A stretch of 63,988 nt of DNA, filler included, from Lama guanicoe (GCA_013239625.1; 131 parts of 131 records of this genome joined end to end with filler, not necessarily neighbours in it), one strand, 5' to 3'. Counted from the first letter of the whole stretch, positions 12,471-24,886 are shown. Notes: generated by a model not told the origin, from the sequence alone. Program-made: numbers and translations.

Positions 12471-13146
12471 ATGGACATGACTGGGGTAGGGGTATCAGTG
12501 GGGGCTGTCTAATTCCCCTCCGAGGGTATGTCTTCCCATAATAATGCTGTCTAAGGCAGAACAATCAGCATGGAGTGCNNNNNNNNNNNNNNNNNNNNNN
12601 NNNNNNNNNNNNNNNNNNNNNNTTAATTAATTAANNNNNNNNNNNNNNNNNNNNNNNNNNNNNNNNNNNNNNNNNNNNGTGACATGGAGAAATCACAGAA
12701 TTTTCAAGGTTCTGAAAAACCCACGCTTCTTATTAGAAGTAGTCAGAAAAGAAAGTATAGAGAATTCAGCTATAGCAAGGTATCTTCTTTATATTGTTCA
12801 CATTACAGCTTAACACAAACATCCATCCCTCAAAGGTTCCTATTGGCCACAGATCATTCACCTCAGACTAATATAGACTTTTTGAAAAATAATGTTTTGG
12901 GTAGTTGGGAAGAGAGGTGGGTGTTCAGGAATTCTTTCCGCTTTACCATTTAAAAGAAGCTGATACTTGAGAAGGCACCCATGCCTGTTGCTCCCTGAAG
13001 AATTTTGGGCTAAACTGAGTTCTTTGCAGCTCTGTGCTGCATAAATTTTAAGTAGTTAGGAATTTTNNNNNNNNNNNNNNNNNNNNNNNNNNNNNNNNNN
13101 NNNNNNNNNNTTAATTAATTAANNNNNNNNNNNNNNNNNNNNNNNN

Positions 13147-13475
13147 NNNNNNNNNNNNNNNNNNNNTTTTGTTTCTCCCGTCTTACAGCCTGGCTTAGGG
13201 GGCATTTTTGTGACTGATTGATTGACAGCTCACAGTCTTTGAGTGCTCAGGTTGACTGATTGACAGCTCATGTTCCTTGTGTTCAGGCTGATTGACAGCT
13301 CACGTTCCTGGTGCTCAGGCACGCCCATCTCTTTTGCACATGCACACAGAGAAACTTACAGGAACGGACTCAAACTGAGCACCTTATCCTGAATGCAGGT
13401 GTACTGTTACTTTCTGGGTTGCTCCTTCCCCCTTCCTCTCCCCTTTGCTTGATGCTTATTTCTGTCTAACTGCCC
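13147..13475. mobile_element. LTR-like fragment with three ~32-38 bp internal repeats, followed by L1 3' region (13480-13554)
   Basis: Three TGATTGACAGCTCA-containing units; the segment ends ...tctgtctaactgcc, typical of ERV1 LTR ends. It is followed by the L1 motif gggaaatgcaaattaaaaccacaatgagagatcacctcacac. Confidence 0.55.
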
Positions 13476-14142
13476 AGCAGTTCAATATCACTAATCAACA
13501 GGGAAATGCAAATTAAAACCACAATGAGAGATCACCTCACACTTGTTAGGATGGNNNNNNNNNNNNNNNNNNNNNNNNNNNNNNNNNNNNNNNNNNNNTT
13601 AATTAATTAANNNNNNNNNNNNNNNNNNNNNNNNNNNNNNNNNNNNNNNNNNNNTCTGTTCCCTAAGTGCACCTCTTCCAGGTTTCTCGGAGAATACACT
13701 CCCTCAAGATTGCCCATTTTAGGAATTACTTGATTCTTAATTCTAAGACATCACTACTTAACTAGATTTTTTTCCCTTGGAACATAACCTAGTATGAGTC
13801 TTGACATTCTCCAAGAGAGTTCCTGGTGAACTGACAACAAAAGAATATAAATTAATAAAACACAAAGAATAGCCCTCCCCTAAACAAAACAGATTACAAT
13901 TTGCAGTAACTGTCCTTAAACTGAGGATTAATTTATAATCCGAGGTGTTTTGTTGTCACTGAATGTGTAAAAAGTCTCTAAAACTTGCTGCTTTGAGTAA
14001 CAACGATGTACTATGTCTCTCAAACCTGAAGACCCACCAGGCNNNNNNNNNNNNNNNNNNNNNNNNNNNNNNNNNNNNNNNNNNNNTTAATTAATTAANN
14101 NNNNNNNNNNNNNNNNNNNNNNNNNNNNNNNNNNNNNNNNNN

Positions 14143-14530
14143 CAGAAGCGGTCATCAGCCCTGAAGCCCCTCCTTATCAGACCCAGCCCCTCTCTCCAAC
14201 CTAGCTCTGGCTCTGGGAAGACACTGGCTAGGTCAACTCAGTCAGAAGCCCCTCCGAGCAAAACGGTGGTCGGGATTCCTCGCATGATCCAGCCAGCCAC
14301 TGTCTTACAGAAAGTGCCAGGTGGCCCTCCGCCGGGGGTCGCTGGGGGCGATAGTTTTGAGTCTCCAGCAGCACTGCCTGCTACACCCCCTGACACCAAG
14401 ACCAGCTTCCCTGTGCCTGAGCCCCAGACCCTTGTCCCCTCTGCCCCTGTGCCCAAGGTAATGCTGCCCTCTCTTGGTCCTTCTAAGTTTCGAAAGCCCT
14501 GTGTGAAACGGAGGGGCTCAAAGAGAAAGG
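14143..14530 (+). CDS. GON4L: GON4L (gon-4-like; YY1AP1-related) large internal exon fragment, open across the whole contig
   Basis: Frame from 14143 reads QKRSSALKPLLIRPSPSLQPSSGSGKTLARSTQSEAPPSKTVVGIPRMIQPATVLQKVPGGPPPGVAGGDSFESPAALPATPPDTKTSFPVPEPQTLVPSAPVPKVMLPSLGPSKFRKPCVKRRGSKRK, matching the recalled human GON4L segment (SEAPPSK...IQPATVLQ.VPG...SFESPAALP...SAPVPKVMLPSLAPSKFRKP). Confidence 0.85.
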
Positions 14531-14630
14531 NNNNNNNNNNNNNNNNNNNNNNNNNNNNNNNNNNNNNNNNNNNNTTAATTAATTAANNNNNNNNNNNNNN
14601 NNNNNNNNNNNNNNNNNNNNNNNNNNNNNN

Positions 14631-14827
14631 TTTGCCTTGTCAATTTCTCACAACTTTATTGTTTCTTTGTCTAAAAAAATGTAAAAGCTGCCTGCTCTGG
14701 CCACTTCTTAGGTCCCGTTTCTATGAGACCTCAATGAACATGAATTAGAGTTGTTTCTTTTGTCAATTTTATTATTAGACCAGCCCAAGAACTCAAGAGA
14801 CATAGAGTGGAATTCCCCTCCCTGACA
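14631..14827 (+). mobile_element. ERV1 LTR 3' part (MER34/MER39-like)
   Basis: aaaagctgcctgctctggccacttcttaggtccc...tgtcaattttattattagaccagcccaagaactcaagag...cccctccctgaca (ends in CA). Confidence 0.6.
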
Positions 14828-15118
14828 CTAACTAACTTTTTAAAAAGGGACTTCGTTCTAATTTCAGCACAATCAGCCCCAACAGATGGGCAAGTCATGA
14901 CACTGTGCATTTCTAGGTAAACTCCAAACCTCTAGAGCTATTTGTTGGTAAAACAAAGGCTGTTGTTACAAAGGATCAGTAAATTAGCCCAACATAGTTT
15001 GATCGCAAGGTCTGATGANNNNNNNNNNNNNNNNNNNNNNNNNNNNNNNNNNNNNNNNNNNNTTAATTAATTAANNNNNNNNNNNNNNNNNNNNNNNNNN
15101 NNNNNNNNNNNNNNNNNN

Positions 15119-15320
15119 GGAGGCAGCTGTACCACCTTTTATGACCTGGTCTCAGAAGTCACATAGCATCACTTCAACTGCAGTCACAAACCCACCCAGG
15201 CTCCAGGGGATGGAACATAGACCTCACCTCTCCATAGGAATGCTGAAGTCACATTTAGGAAGAATAAGTTGGTTGGCATGTGTTAAGGTGGTTATTTTTG
15301 GAAAATATAAGCTGTCACAG
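15119..15320. mobile_element. MaLR MLT1-type LTR fragment
   Basis: ccttttatgacctggtctcagaagtcacatagcatcacttc...gaacatagacctcacctctc is an MLT1 motif. Confidence 0.65.
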
Positions 15321-15344
15321 CTGGTTAGTGATTGATTTAGAAGA

Positions 15345-15506
15345 ATTTCTTTTTTTCCCAGTTTTATTTAGATGCAGTTGACATACAACATTGTATTACA
15401 AGATAATGATTTGTGTCTATATTGTGAAATGATTGTCACAATGTCTAGTTAACATCAAGCACTTCACATAGTTTGAATTTTTTGTGTGTGATGTGAACTT
15501 TTAAAA
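15345..15506 (-). mobile_element. LINE-1 3' terminus (L1MA-like)
   Basis: ccagttttatttagatgcagttgacatacaacattgta...tttttgtgtgtgatgtgaacttttaaa. Confidence 0.7.
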
Positions 15507-16094
15507 NNNNNNNNNNNNNNNNNNNNNNNNNNNNNNNNNNNNNNNNNNNNTTAATTAATTAANNNNNNNNNNNNNNNNNNNNNNNNNNNNNNNNNNNNNN
15601 NNNNNNAAGCGTCACTGTGCAGCGCAGAGGCTCATTTTGATCTCACTCAGAGCTTTCTCTCTGAGAAAAGCCTAATCTTCAGGGTGTTTGTTGAAATCAG
15701 TCAGAAGCAATTGTTCAAAATTGTAATCTGTTGGAAGTTGCAGTATGAATGTGGACAAATGAAATACAAAGTCAAAAAAATTTTAAGGAAGATTTGAGAA
15801 AGGAGATGTTGATAAAAGACTTTGAAAAGCTCTGACGTAGTCCTGGTGATAAAGAACACTGAATGTATACCCAGCTGGGGTGGAGAGGGGAGGGGAAGGT
15901 GACTGAGAAGGCATCAGCTAGCTACTCAGATCTTACTGACACTGAAGCCCCATACAAACAGAAAGTATGGTTCTGGTATGTGTGTAAACTACTTNNNNNN
16001 NNNNNNNNNNNNNNNNNNNNNNNNNNNNNNNNNNNNNNTTAATTAATTAANNNNNNNNNNNNNNNNNNNNNNNNNNNNNNNNNNNNNNNNNNNN

Positions 16095-16481
16095 ACCAGA
16101 TGGCTTCACAGGTGAATTCTACCAAACATTTAGAGAAGAGTTAGCACCTATCCTTCTGAAACTATTCCAAAAAATTGAAGGGGAAGGAACACCTCCAAAC
16201 TCATTCTATGAGGCCACCATCATCCTGGTACCAAAATCAGACAAAGATATCACACAAAAAAGAAAATTACAGGCCAATATCACTTAGGAACATAGATGCA
16301 AAATTCTCAACAAAATCAACTCCAACAATCTATTAAAAGGATCATACACCAAGATCAAGTGACATTTATCCCAGGAATGCAGGATTTTTCAAAATCCACA
16401 AATCAATTGGTGTGATACAACATGTTAACAAGTTGAAGAATAAAAACCATATGATCATCTCAATAGATGCAGAAAAACCTT
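16095..16481 (+). mobile_element. LINE-1 ORF2 reverse transcriptase N-terminal fragment
   Basis: [47 protein letters not shown]...DAKILNK...HQDQV.FIPGMQ...[13 protein letters not shown], with frameshifts. Confidence 0.95.
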
Positions 16482-18050
16482 NNNNNNNNNNNNNNNNNNN
16501 NNNNNNNNNNNNNNNNNNNNNNNNNTTAATTAATTAANNNNNNNNNNNNNNNNNNNNNNNNNNNNNNNNNNNNNNNNNNNNGACACTTATTAACTTAGAT
16601 TTACCAGTTAGCCCAGCCCGGCTTTTCCTTCACATTATAACGTGTCTTTAATTGCATTGTTTATGGAAGCTCAGATAAGCTGTAACAGTGAACTTGGTTT
16701 GAAACTTTTGGATGAGAAATAGTGTGGGAACTGGAAGTACTGCTTTGGTTACAGGGTGGATTTGGAGTTACTTTTATTTATATACTGTCCTGAAGTATTT
16801 TAGGGCCTTCTAGGTGCAACCATCCCAAGAGAAACCAGAAGGGATCAGTGGCTTGTGTTCAGGGAAGCTGAAGACAAGACTGCCAGCGGTCTGATGCTCT
16901 CCCTGAAGAGATCATTGTAACTTGCCTTGACTTACTGTTTAAGGCCAGAGGGTTAAGATAATCAAAATANNNNNNNNNNNNNNNNNNNNNNNNNNNNNNN
17001 NNNNNNNNNNNNNTTAATTAATTAANNNNNNNNNNNNNNNNNNNNNNNNNNNNNNNNNNNNNNNNNNNNAAGCTATGACTGTGAAATAGTTGGTAGTAAA
17101 TAGAATGTAAAGTTTCATATTTCTTTCTTTCTTTACTAATTGAGCCATTTAATTTTTAAATGTTTATATTAGTAAAATAACCATACATACAATGGGAACT
17201 TTTGATCTTTTTTTTTCTTGATAATATTTATAGTATAAACCAGGCTTATTATTGAGAGTGTAAATTGTACAAAGTATTTACACATAAAAAAATCATACCA
17301 TTAAATTGAGATGAATATAATTTAGAACTTTATCTTCAACACTTTTGGTTTTTGATCATTTTTGCTAAAGTACTGCTGAAACTATGATCGGGGATTGTAA
17401 TACACGTACCTAAATATAGTTAACACACATCAAGTGAACTGTTATATGCCATTTTTANNNNNNNNNNNNNNNNNNNNNNNNNNNNNNNNNNNNNNNNNNN
17501 NTTAATTAATTAANNNNNNNNNNNNNNNNNNNNNNNNNNNNNNNNNNNNNNNNNNNNCAAATATTTTGAACAATGAAAATCCAAAGAAAGAGAGAAGGAA
17601 GGAGGAGGATACAGAGTTTTAAAATTTTCTCAGAATGTCTGCATAAACAATTCAATAATTGAGAATCCTATCAATGATTCATTTGAAATTTTCTAGCATT
17701 TTCATTCTGTGGGCATGGTTTTTAAAAGTAGATTTTATTAGTAAGAGAAGCAAATGTTGTATTGAGTAGAAATAAAAACATTTATTTTTGCAGATGGAAA
17801 TTAGCCTCCTTTTTTGGAATGGACATACCTGATTTCCATCCCTTCGTGTGAGATGAAGGAAAAGTCCATCTTTAGGGGGAAAGGAGGTGGCATTTCCCCA
17901 TCAGAGGCCTGCAGAGGATCTCTGAGGCTATCAGAGGCCATCAGTNNNNNNNNNNNNNNNNNNNNNNNNNNNNNNNNNNNNNNNNNNNNTTAATTAATTA
18001 ANNNNNNNNNNNNNNNNNNNNNNNNNNNNNNNNNNNNNNNNNNNNGAGGG

Positions 18051-18192
18051 GGTGGGTAGGGTACAGCTCAGGGGTGGAGTGTGTGCTTAGCATGTACGAG
18101 GTCCTGGGTTCCATCCCCAGCACCTCCTTTTAAATAAACAAACAAATAAACCTAATTACCCCTGCAAAGAAATAAATAAAAAAAATTTTAAA
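18051..18192 (+). mobile_element. tRNA-derived SINE resembling the camelid Vic-1 family, near full length
   Basis: A-box-like acagctcaggggtgg, B-box-like gggttccatcccc, body gtgcttagcatgtacgaggtcctggg, tail aaataaacctaattacccc plus A-rich end. Related copies at 33200, ~36160 and ~49964. Confidence 0.85.
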
Positions 18193-18533
18193 AGAGTCAA
18201 TGAATGTTGTCCACAATCCACCACCCGAAATCTAAACTTGTCTGTGTCCAAGCAAGTTAACCTTTCTCTCTCCCTGCCTCCTGTCCTCCGCTTCCTCCCT
18301 CCCTCCCTTTTCCCAGCTCCTCCTCCCTCCTCCCCTCCGTCCGTTCCAATCTCAGAGGGGAATACAGACTTCCAGATCTTATCCTCTGCTCCCGTGCTGT
18401 CTCCTAATTGCTTTATTCTATCTCCTAGTTTCANNNNNNNNNNNNNNNNNNNNNNNNNNNNNNNNNNNNNNNNNNNNTTAATTAATTAANNNNNNNNNNN
18501 NNNNNNNNNNNNNNNNNNNNNNNNNNNNNNNNN

Positions 18534-18922
18534 GGAAGGGCAAAAACCATATGACCATCTCAATCAATGCAGAAAAAGTATTTGACAAAATGTAATACAC
18601 TTTCATGATACAAACAGCCAATAAAATAGAAATAGAAGGAAATTACCTCAACTTAATGAAAGCCATGTATGAAAAGCCCACAAACATCATCCCCAAAGGG
18701 GAAGGATGGAAAGCCTTGCCTGTGAGATCAGGAACAAGGTAAGCATGCCCCCGCTCACCACTGCTATTCAGCACAGTATTAGGACTTCTAAACAGGAAAA
18801 AGCAATACAAGACATAAACACTGGGAAACAAGTAAAATTATCTCTGTTCATAGATGACATTATCTTGTAGGTAGAAAACCCTAAAAATTCCACCAAAATA
18901 CTGTTAGAAAAGCAAACCAAGA
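18534..18922 (+). mobile_element. LINE-1 ORF2 RT fragment, degenerate
   Basis: KNHMTISINAEKVFDK...YLNLMKAMYEKPT...RSGTR...PLLFSTVL...KLSLF.DDII. Confidence 0.9.
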
Positions 18923-20487
18923 NNNNNNNNNNNNNNNNNNNNNNNNNNNNNNNNNNNNNNNNNNNNTTAATTAATTAANNNNNNNNNNNNNNNNNNNNNN
19001 NNNNNNNNNNNNNNNNNNNNNNAGAGGTGGGAGAAAAGTTCCAGAGAGAGGGCAGGTCGCTCACTGCAGTCCAGACTGTGGAGCCAGATCATCCTCCCGC
19101 AGAAGTGTCAGGACAATGGCACCGCCTGGCGCTGTCCGAGATGCTGGCCTGGCCTCCAGATGTGTGCTTTGATCAGAGCGGGGAGGGGAAGAACCACCAT
19201 TCTCAAGCCTCATGCCTCACTGCCACCTTGGTGTGAATCAATCCAGAGATAGGAATCATTCATTGGGTACCAGGTCTGCCCTCACCTCCTGCCACCGTAT
19301 CCTTCATGCCTGCTGTCTCCAGACACTTAACATTCCAGCTGGACCCTACCCTAGAAGTGGCTTATCTTTAGCTCCATGGACCCATCAACTGAACCCCACT
19401 CTGAGGGGCCANNNNNNNNNNNNNNNNNNNNNNNNNNNNNNNNNNNNNNNNNNNNTTAATTAATTAANNNNNNNNNNNNNNNNNNNNNNNNNNNNNNNNN
19501 NNNNNNNNNNNGCCACCTAAAGGTGAGGGCTCATGGATCTGTTCTGAAGTAAGGCAGTCTTTCTTTTTAAATCACGGTGTCTGTGGGTCAGAGCTCCGTG
19601 TCCCCTTAGTAAGGGCTGATATCTGGCCTCTGAAGGCATCAAGTTCTTTGTGATCCTCCTTTTATCTTCTTTGCTAGGAAGAAACAGTGATTTCAAAATA
19701 TACAGAGAGGTTCTGTGTTTATTTTTAGAGAAATAATGGTCTTCAGTCACTAAAGTGTTTTTCAGCTGTAAGTCATCTTAGTTATTTTTATGGTTTTAAA
19801 TATTTCTCCACCTGATTTTTTTCCTGATTGACTTCCTGATTTATTTTCTCACTGTCAAGGAAAAGGTAAAAATATCAGCCAAAGATTATGATTTTTTTTN
19901 NNNNNNNNNNNNNNNNNNNNNNNNNNNNNNNNNNNNNNNNNNNTTAATTAATTAANNNNNNNNNNNNNNNNNNNNNNNNNNNNNNNNNNNNNNNNNNNNG
20001 GGGGGGGCGTGCCATGTTTTCCTGACACCTCTTAAATGGTTTCTTATTTCGTACTGATACAGATCAGGGACCATGGATTATGCTGACAAGCTCATAAATT
20101 ATCTGCTACTCACCAACAATACCAAGTCCTGCTTTCTTGATGGAGTGGTTGATGTTGAGTGCCGAGGATGTCCACGAACTTGAAATTGCTTCAATTGTTG
20201 TTTACCTGCCAGAGACCTTGAACTTGAGAACTTCCTACTCCACACAGAGGCACAGATGACATGCATGATGGGAGTTCTGTCGAGGGACACAAATTAGAGC
20301 AATCAGAGTGAGATGGAAGGAAGGGAAGGATGCATTACTAATTGGGGCATCATTACAGGGGTTCTGAGAAGTTAAAAGAAATACGGTNNNNNNNNNNNNN
20401 NNNNNNNNNNNNNNNNNNNNNNNNNNNNNNNTTAATTAATTAANNNNNNNNNNNNNNNNNNNNNNNNNNNNNNNNNNNNNNNNNNNN

Positions 20488-20640
20488 GGGAGGGGCGGCG
20501 GTGGGGGGAGGGCGGGGCCTGCGGAACTAGCTCTTCTCCCAGTAGCTGCGACCCCCTGCCGCCAGCGTGACACGCACGTCTTTAAAAGGCTCCCTGCTCA
20601 GGAGGGAGAACTTTCTGTGTCCAAGTCCACTGACGTAAAG
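20488..20640 (+). promoter_or_regulatory. Possible promoter fragment (GC boxes, TATA-like element, CRE-like site)
   Basis: GGGGCGG and GGGCGGGG at ~20493-20517, local CpG enrichment, TTTAAAA at 20581-20587, TGACGTAA at 20631-20638. Confidence 0.35.
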
Positions 20641-21139
20641 AGTTTTTTTTTTAAACCTGGGCAGATAACTGTGCTACTTCAGATTGAATAAAACCAGATA
20701 CAGAGAGCAGAAAATAGTCTTTTGAGGTGTCCAGCCTCATACTTACGAGTTCAGGCAGGCACACATCACTTATTTACATTAAATTTCCGTCTGGTAAGGA
20801 CGCTACAAGTGGAAGATGTTCTGAAACCCGCTACGTCTATTTCTTCATCAGCAAAGCTGGTTGTCAGGGAATTAAANNNNNNNNNNNNNNNNNNNNNNNN
20901 NNNNNNNNNNNNNNNNNNNNTTAATTAATTAANNNNNNNNNNNNNNNNNNNNNNNNNNNNNNNNNNNNNNNNNNNNTGGATCAGGTGAGCCAGGAGAGGC
21001 AGGGTCCTCACCGCCTGAGTGTTCTGTGTGAGGCTCTTTTGGTCAAGGTCTGGCTTACAGTTCCAGGAGCCACTTAGGGACATTGCAGCAGCTCCTCTTT
21101 TTCCAGATTTCTCTCTGCTTTTTTCCAGATGACTTGCGG

Positions 21140-21365
21140 TAGGTAAAAGAACAGTCCCCAAAGACGTCCAGGTACTCACGCCCGGAACCGGTGACTATAC
21201 ATGGGAAAGGGACTTTGCAGATGTGATTAAGCTAAGGATCTTGGGATGGGAGATTATCCTGGATGAACCAGGTGGACCCAGTCTAATGTATAAGGACTTC
21301 CAAGCACGGAAGTCCTTGTAAGTGACAGGGGAAAGTGGCGGAGTCTGGGCAAGAGAAGAAAATGT
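21140..21365 (+). mobile_element. MaLR MLT1D-like LTR 5' part
   Basis: ccccaaagacgtccagg...gggactttgcagatgtgattaagctaaggatcttgggatgggagattatcctggat...ggtggaccc is the MLT1D motif. Confidence 0.8.
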
Positions 21366-21669
21366 NNNNNNNNNNNNNNNNNNNNNNNNNNNNNNNNNNN
21401 NNNNNNNNNTTAATTAATTAANNNNNNNNNNNNNNNNNNNNNNNNNNNNNNNNNNNNNNNNNNNNTTTGTTTCTCTGTTGTCAAAATACTTTTCAGACTT
21501 TGTGTATGTGTGTGCGTGTGTATTTCATTAGCATTCAAAAAACTAGCAGCTAGGCGCGCTCGGCGAGCTTAATCAGCAATTACTTAGCTACTGCTTAGTT
21601 TTCTAATTTTGAACCTAACAATGAACCTGGGTTTCAGTAATTACTTTTAGTTTACATCAGTCTTTTTTC

Positions 21670-21838
21670 CCCAATCTTGTCTGCACAATTGAATCACATG
21701 GCTATCTTTCAAAAATTTCAGACCAGGACAAATCTTAGATGAAATATATCTCATTCTCTTGGAGTGTAGCAGAGAGATCAATATTTTTTGAAGGTCCACA
21801 GACGACTCCAGTGTGCAAGTAAGTTTGAAAACCACTGA
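21670..21838. mobile_element. MER5-like hAT-Charlie DNA transposon remnant
   Basis: tgcacaattgaatcacatgg...actccagtgtgcaagtaagtttgaaaaccactg resembles MER5 termini. Confidence 0.5.
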
Positions 21839-22944
21839 GTTACATTCTAAAAAANNNNNNNNNNNNNNNNNNNNNNNNNNNNNNNNNNNNNNNNNNNNTT
21901 AATTAATTAANNNNNNNNNNNNNNNNNNNNNNNNNNNNNNNNNNNNNNNNNNNNAATTATAATCTTAGTTTAGTTTAACCCAGTAGACTGGTAAATTTGA
22001 CACAATTAACTGTCTGTTTTCTATAGCTGCTCCCTGATGTGCTCCTCAGAAATTAGCATCATGACTTCTAGTCTTTCAGTGAAAATTTGTTGATCTCTTG
22101 CATGATAAATATTGTGCTAATTACTGGGTAAAACAAAGATGAAACAAGCTCTATGTGCAGTTGTCTGTAATCTAGTGGGGAAGACACACATATCAATACT
22201 CTTGACATGTAAGATATGGATTTTATCTCAGTAACTTTCAGTGAAAGAAACCGATAGTTTCAGAAAAGGAGAAATGAACAACCCAGAATTACAGAACATG
22301 AGAACTGGAAAATTAATGGATTGATGATATTTCTGACCAGGAGNNNNNNNNNNNNNNNNNNNNNNNNNNNNNNNNNNNNNNNNNNNNTTAATTAATTAAN
22401 NNNNNNNNNNNNNNNNNNNNNNNNNNNNNNNNNNNNNNNNNNNCAGCGGACTGTAAGGTGCCCGCGCGCCCTGGGCAGTACTGGGTGTGCACACATCACC
22501 GCGAGATACTTAAAAAGGCTTCGTAGTCATGCGGGGGTCCTACCTTTTCTCTCCAGGCCAAGTCGTTCGATCAGCCTCAGGGTATTCTTATAATTAGGGT
22601 AAGGGGACTCGCAGTCCTCCGAAGCTGTTTCCGGTGACAGAGTTAAGTCATCGAGGTCACCCACAGAATTCACCTGCTCTTTGACCTACAAATAAATAAT
22701 GCTATTTTGCAGTGTCTCCAACATAGTTATAAAATATGCTCAGTGTATTGAGGTGATAAATATCCATCTTTGTATGAGAGCAAAAACACAGACACTTCTT
22801 GAAAGAACTGATTTTTGTCAAAAGGCTAACTTNNNNNNNNNNNNNNNNNNNNNNNNNNNNNNNNNNNNNNNNNNNNTTAATTAATTAANNNNNNNNNNNN
22901 NNNNNNNNNNNNNNNNNNNNNNNNNNNNNNNNATACATATATAT

Positions 22945-23319
22945 ATAAAGTTTTTACCTATTTGTCCATTGATGGACCCTTAGATTACTTCCATATCTTG
23001 GCTATTGTAAAAAAAATGCTGCAATGAACATAGAAGTACATATATCTTTCTGAATTAGTGTTTTTGTTTTCTTCAAGTAATACCCAGAATTGGCTGGATT
23101 ATATAGCAGCTCTAGTTCTAATTTTCTGAGGAAACTCTACACTGTTTTCCATTGTGGCTGCACCAATTTACATTATCACCAAGGGTGCATCAGCATTTTG
23201 TTTTTTCCTGATTCTTGCCAACACTTGTTATTTGCTGTCTTTTTGATGATAGCCATTCTGACAGATGTGAAGTCATATCTCATTGTGGTTTTGATTTGCA
23301 TTTCCCTGATGATTAGTGA
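22945..23319 (-). mobile_element. LINE-1 ORF2 3' region
   Basis: ttccatatcttggctattgtaa...atgctgcaatgaacata...ctcattgtggttttgatttgcatttccctgatgattagtga. Confidence 0.92.
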
Positions 23320-24886
23320 NNNNNNNNNNNNNNNNNNNNNNNNNNNNNNNNNNNNNNNNNNNNTTAATTAATTAANNNNNNNNNNNNNNNNNNNNNNNNN
23401 NNNNNNNNNNNNNNNNNNNTTAATGAAATCATCTTAACATTGAAACTCAACATGAAATAGCAAAACCATGGATGAACACTGAAGGTTTTTGCACAGAAGT
23501 AAACTGTGTTGGGCAGGTGAGGATGCTGAGGGTGGGGTGGGGTGTGATATATTTGAAAAGCTTGATAATGTTCCAATCCCAATATGTGACTAAACAATCA
23601 AGTGGTGCTAAAAATACACTCCAGGGAGGGTTCCGCATGGGAACATATATTCCATGGAGTGTGCTGAACATTCCAAATCTGTTCACCTTAATTTCTCACA
23701 GCATTCTTATGAGGTGAGCGTGATCATCATCACTGAACTGAGGGGAAGTTCAAGCCCAAGGGGGGTGAGTGACAGAAAGCAGGCCAGGAGCAGAGACAAG
23801 CTATGGAANNNNNNNNNNNNNNNNNNNNNNNNNNNNNNNNNNNNNNNNNNNNTTAATTAATTAANNNNNNNNNNNNNNNNNNNNNNNNNNNNNNNNNNNN
23901 NNNNNNNNATGCTTTTACTTTGTTTTCATATTTGAATGGTATCTTATTTAGACATAGAACTCTAGGGTTTTCTTTCTCAATATTTTGAAGATGTTGACAA
24001 CCACGGGTCAAATACCTTCAAGAACATATGTGTAGTCAATGTTTACTACAAAGAAGTCTGCACACCATGAAGATGCAGGGGTCTCCTTGTAAGAAGTAGA
24101 AGTGAGAGCAACGTCTGTTGTGGCTTTCCAAATCTTAACCAGAAGAGAAACTTGATATGATTATTGTCACTATATTTGATGAGATTTAAATTGTTGTGTA
24201 TGTTCTCAATAACTCAAGAGAAAAACTCAAAAGTTTCCACCATTACAGATGCTTTCATCAGTGAATTACTAACATTTGTAGAGGATGTGTATATTTTNNN
24301 NNNNNNNNNNNNNNNNNNNNNNNNNNNNNNNNNNNNNNNNNTTAATTAATTAANNNNNNNNNNNNNNNNNNNNNNNNNNNNNNNNNNNNNNNNNNNNTGC
24401 TACCTTGCTGAATTCTTTGATCAGCTCTAGTAGTTTTTGTGTGGAAAGTGGATTATTGATGAGATTCAGGACTACTGTTTTGATAGAGATACTTGCCCTA
24501 CCACAACGTAATATATAATGAGTCCCAATCCCACTGTCCAGAGTTGGAGAAAGAGCTTAAAGTTTCCCAGCTCAGTTACAGGGCTGACTGGGTAGAGAAC
24601 CACATATGCCCATCGCTCAAACCTTTGAGCTGCTATTGTTTCAATGCCTGTATTGAAAAGGAGAAAATTTATGTAGGCAATCTGAAAATATATAGGTAGG
24701 CAGAAGGGAAGGAAGGAGGGAAGGAAGACAGGAAGAAAGAAAGTAGATAGATTTGACCGAGAACTTTCATGTCCTGGCATTTAGTGNNNNNNNNNNNNNN
24801 NNNNNNNNNNNNNNNNNNNNNNNNNNNNNNTTAATTAATTAANNNNNNNNNNNNNNNNNNNNNNNNNNNNNNNNNNNNNNNNNNNN

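Noticed and set aside
18051..18125. tRNA-like sequence with A and B boxes
   Set aside because: It continues into an AT-rich SINE tail and has degenerate copies elsewhere, so it is a SINE head, not a tRNA gene.
23995..24297. Possible retrocopy-like segment inserted after an L1-like stretch
   Set aside because: Multiple stops in all frames and no protein I could recognise; insufficient support without a search.
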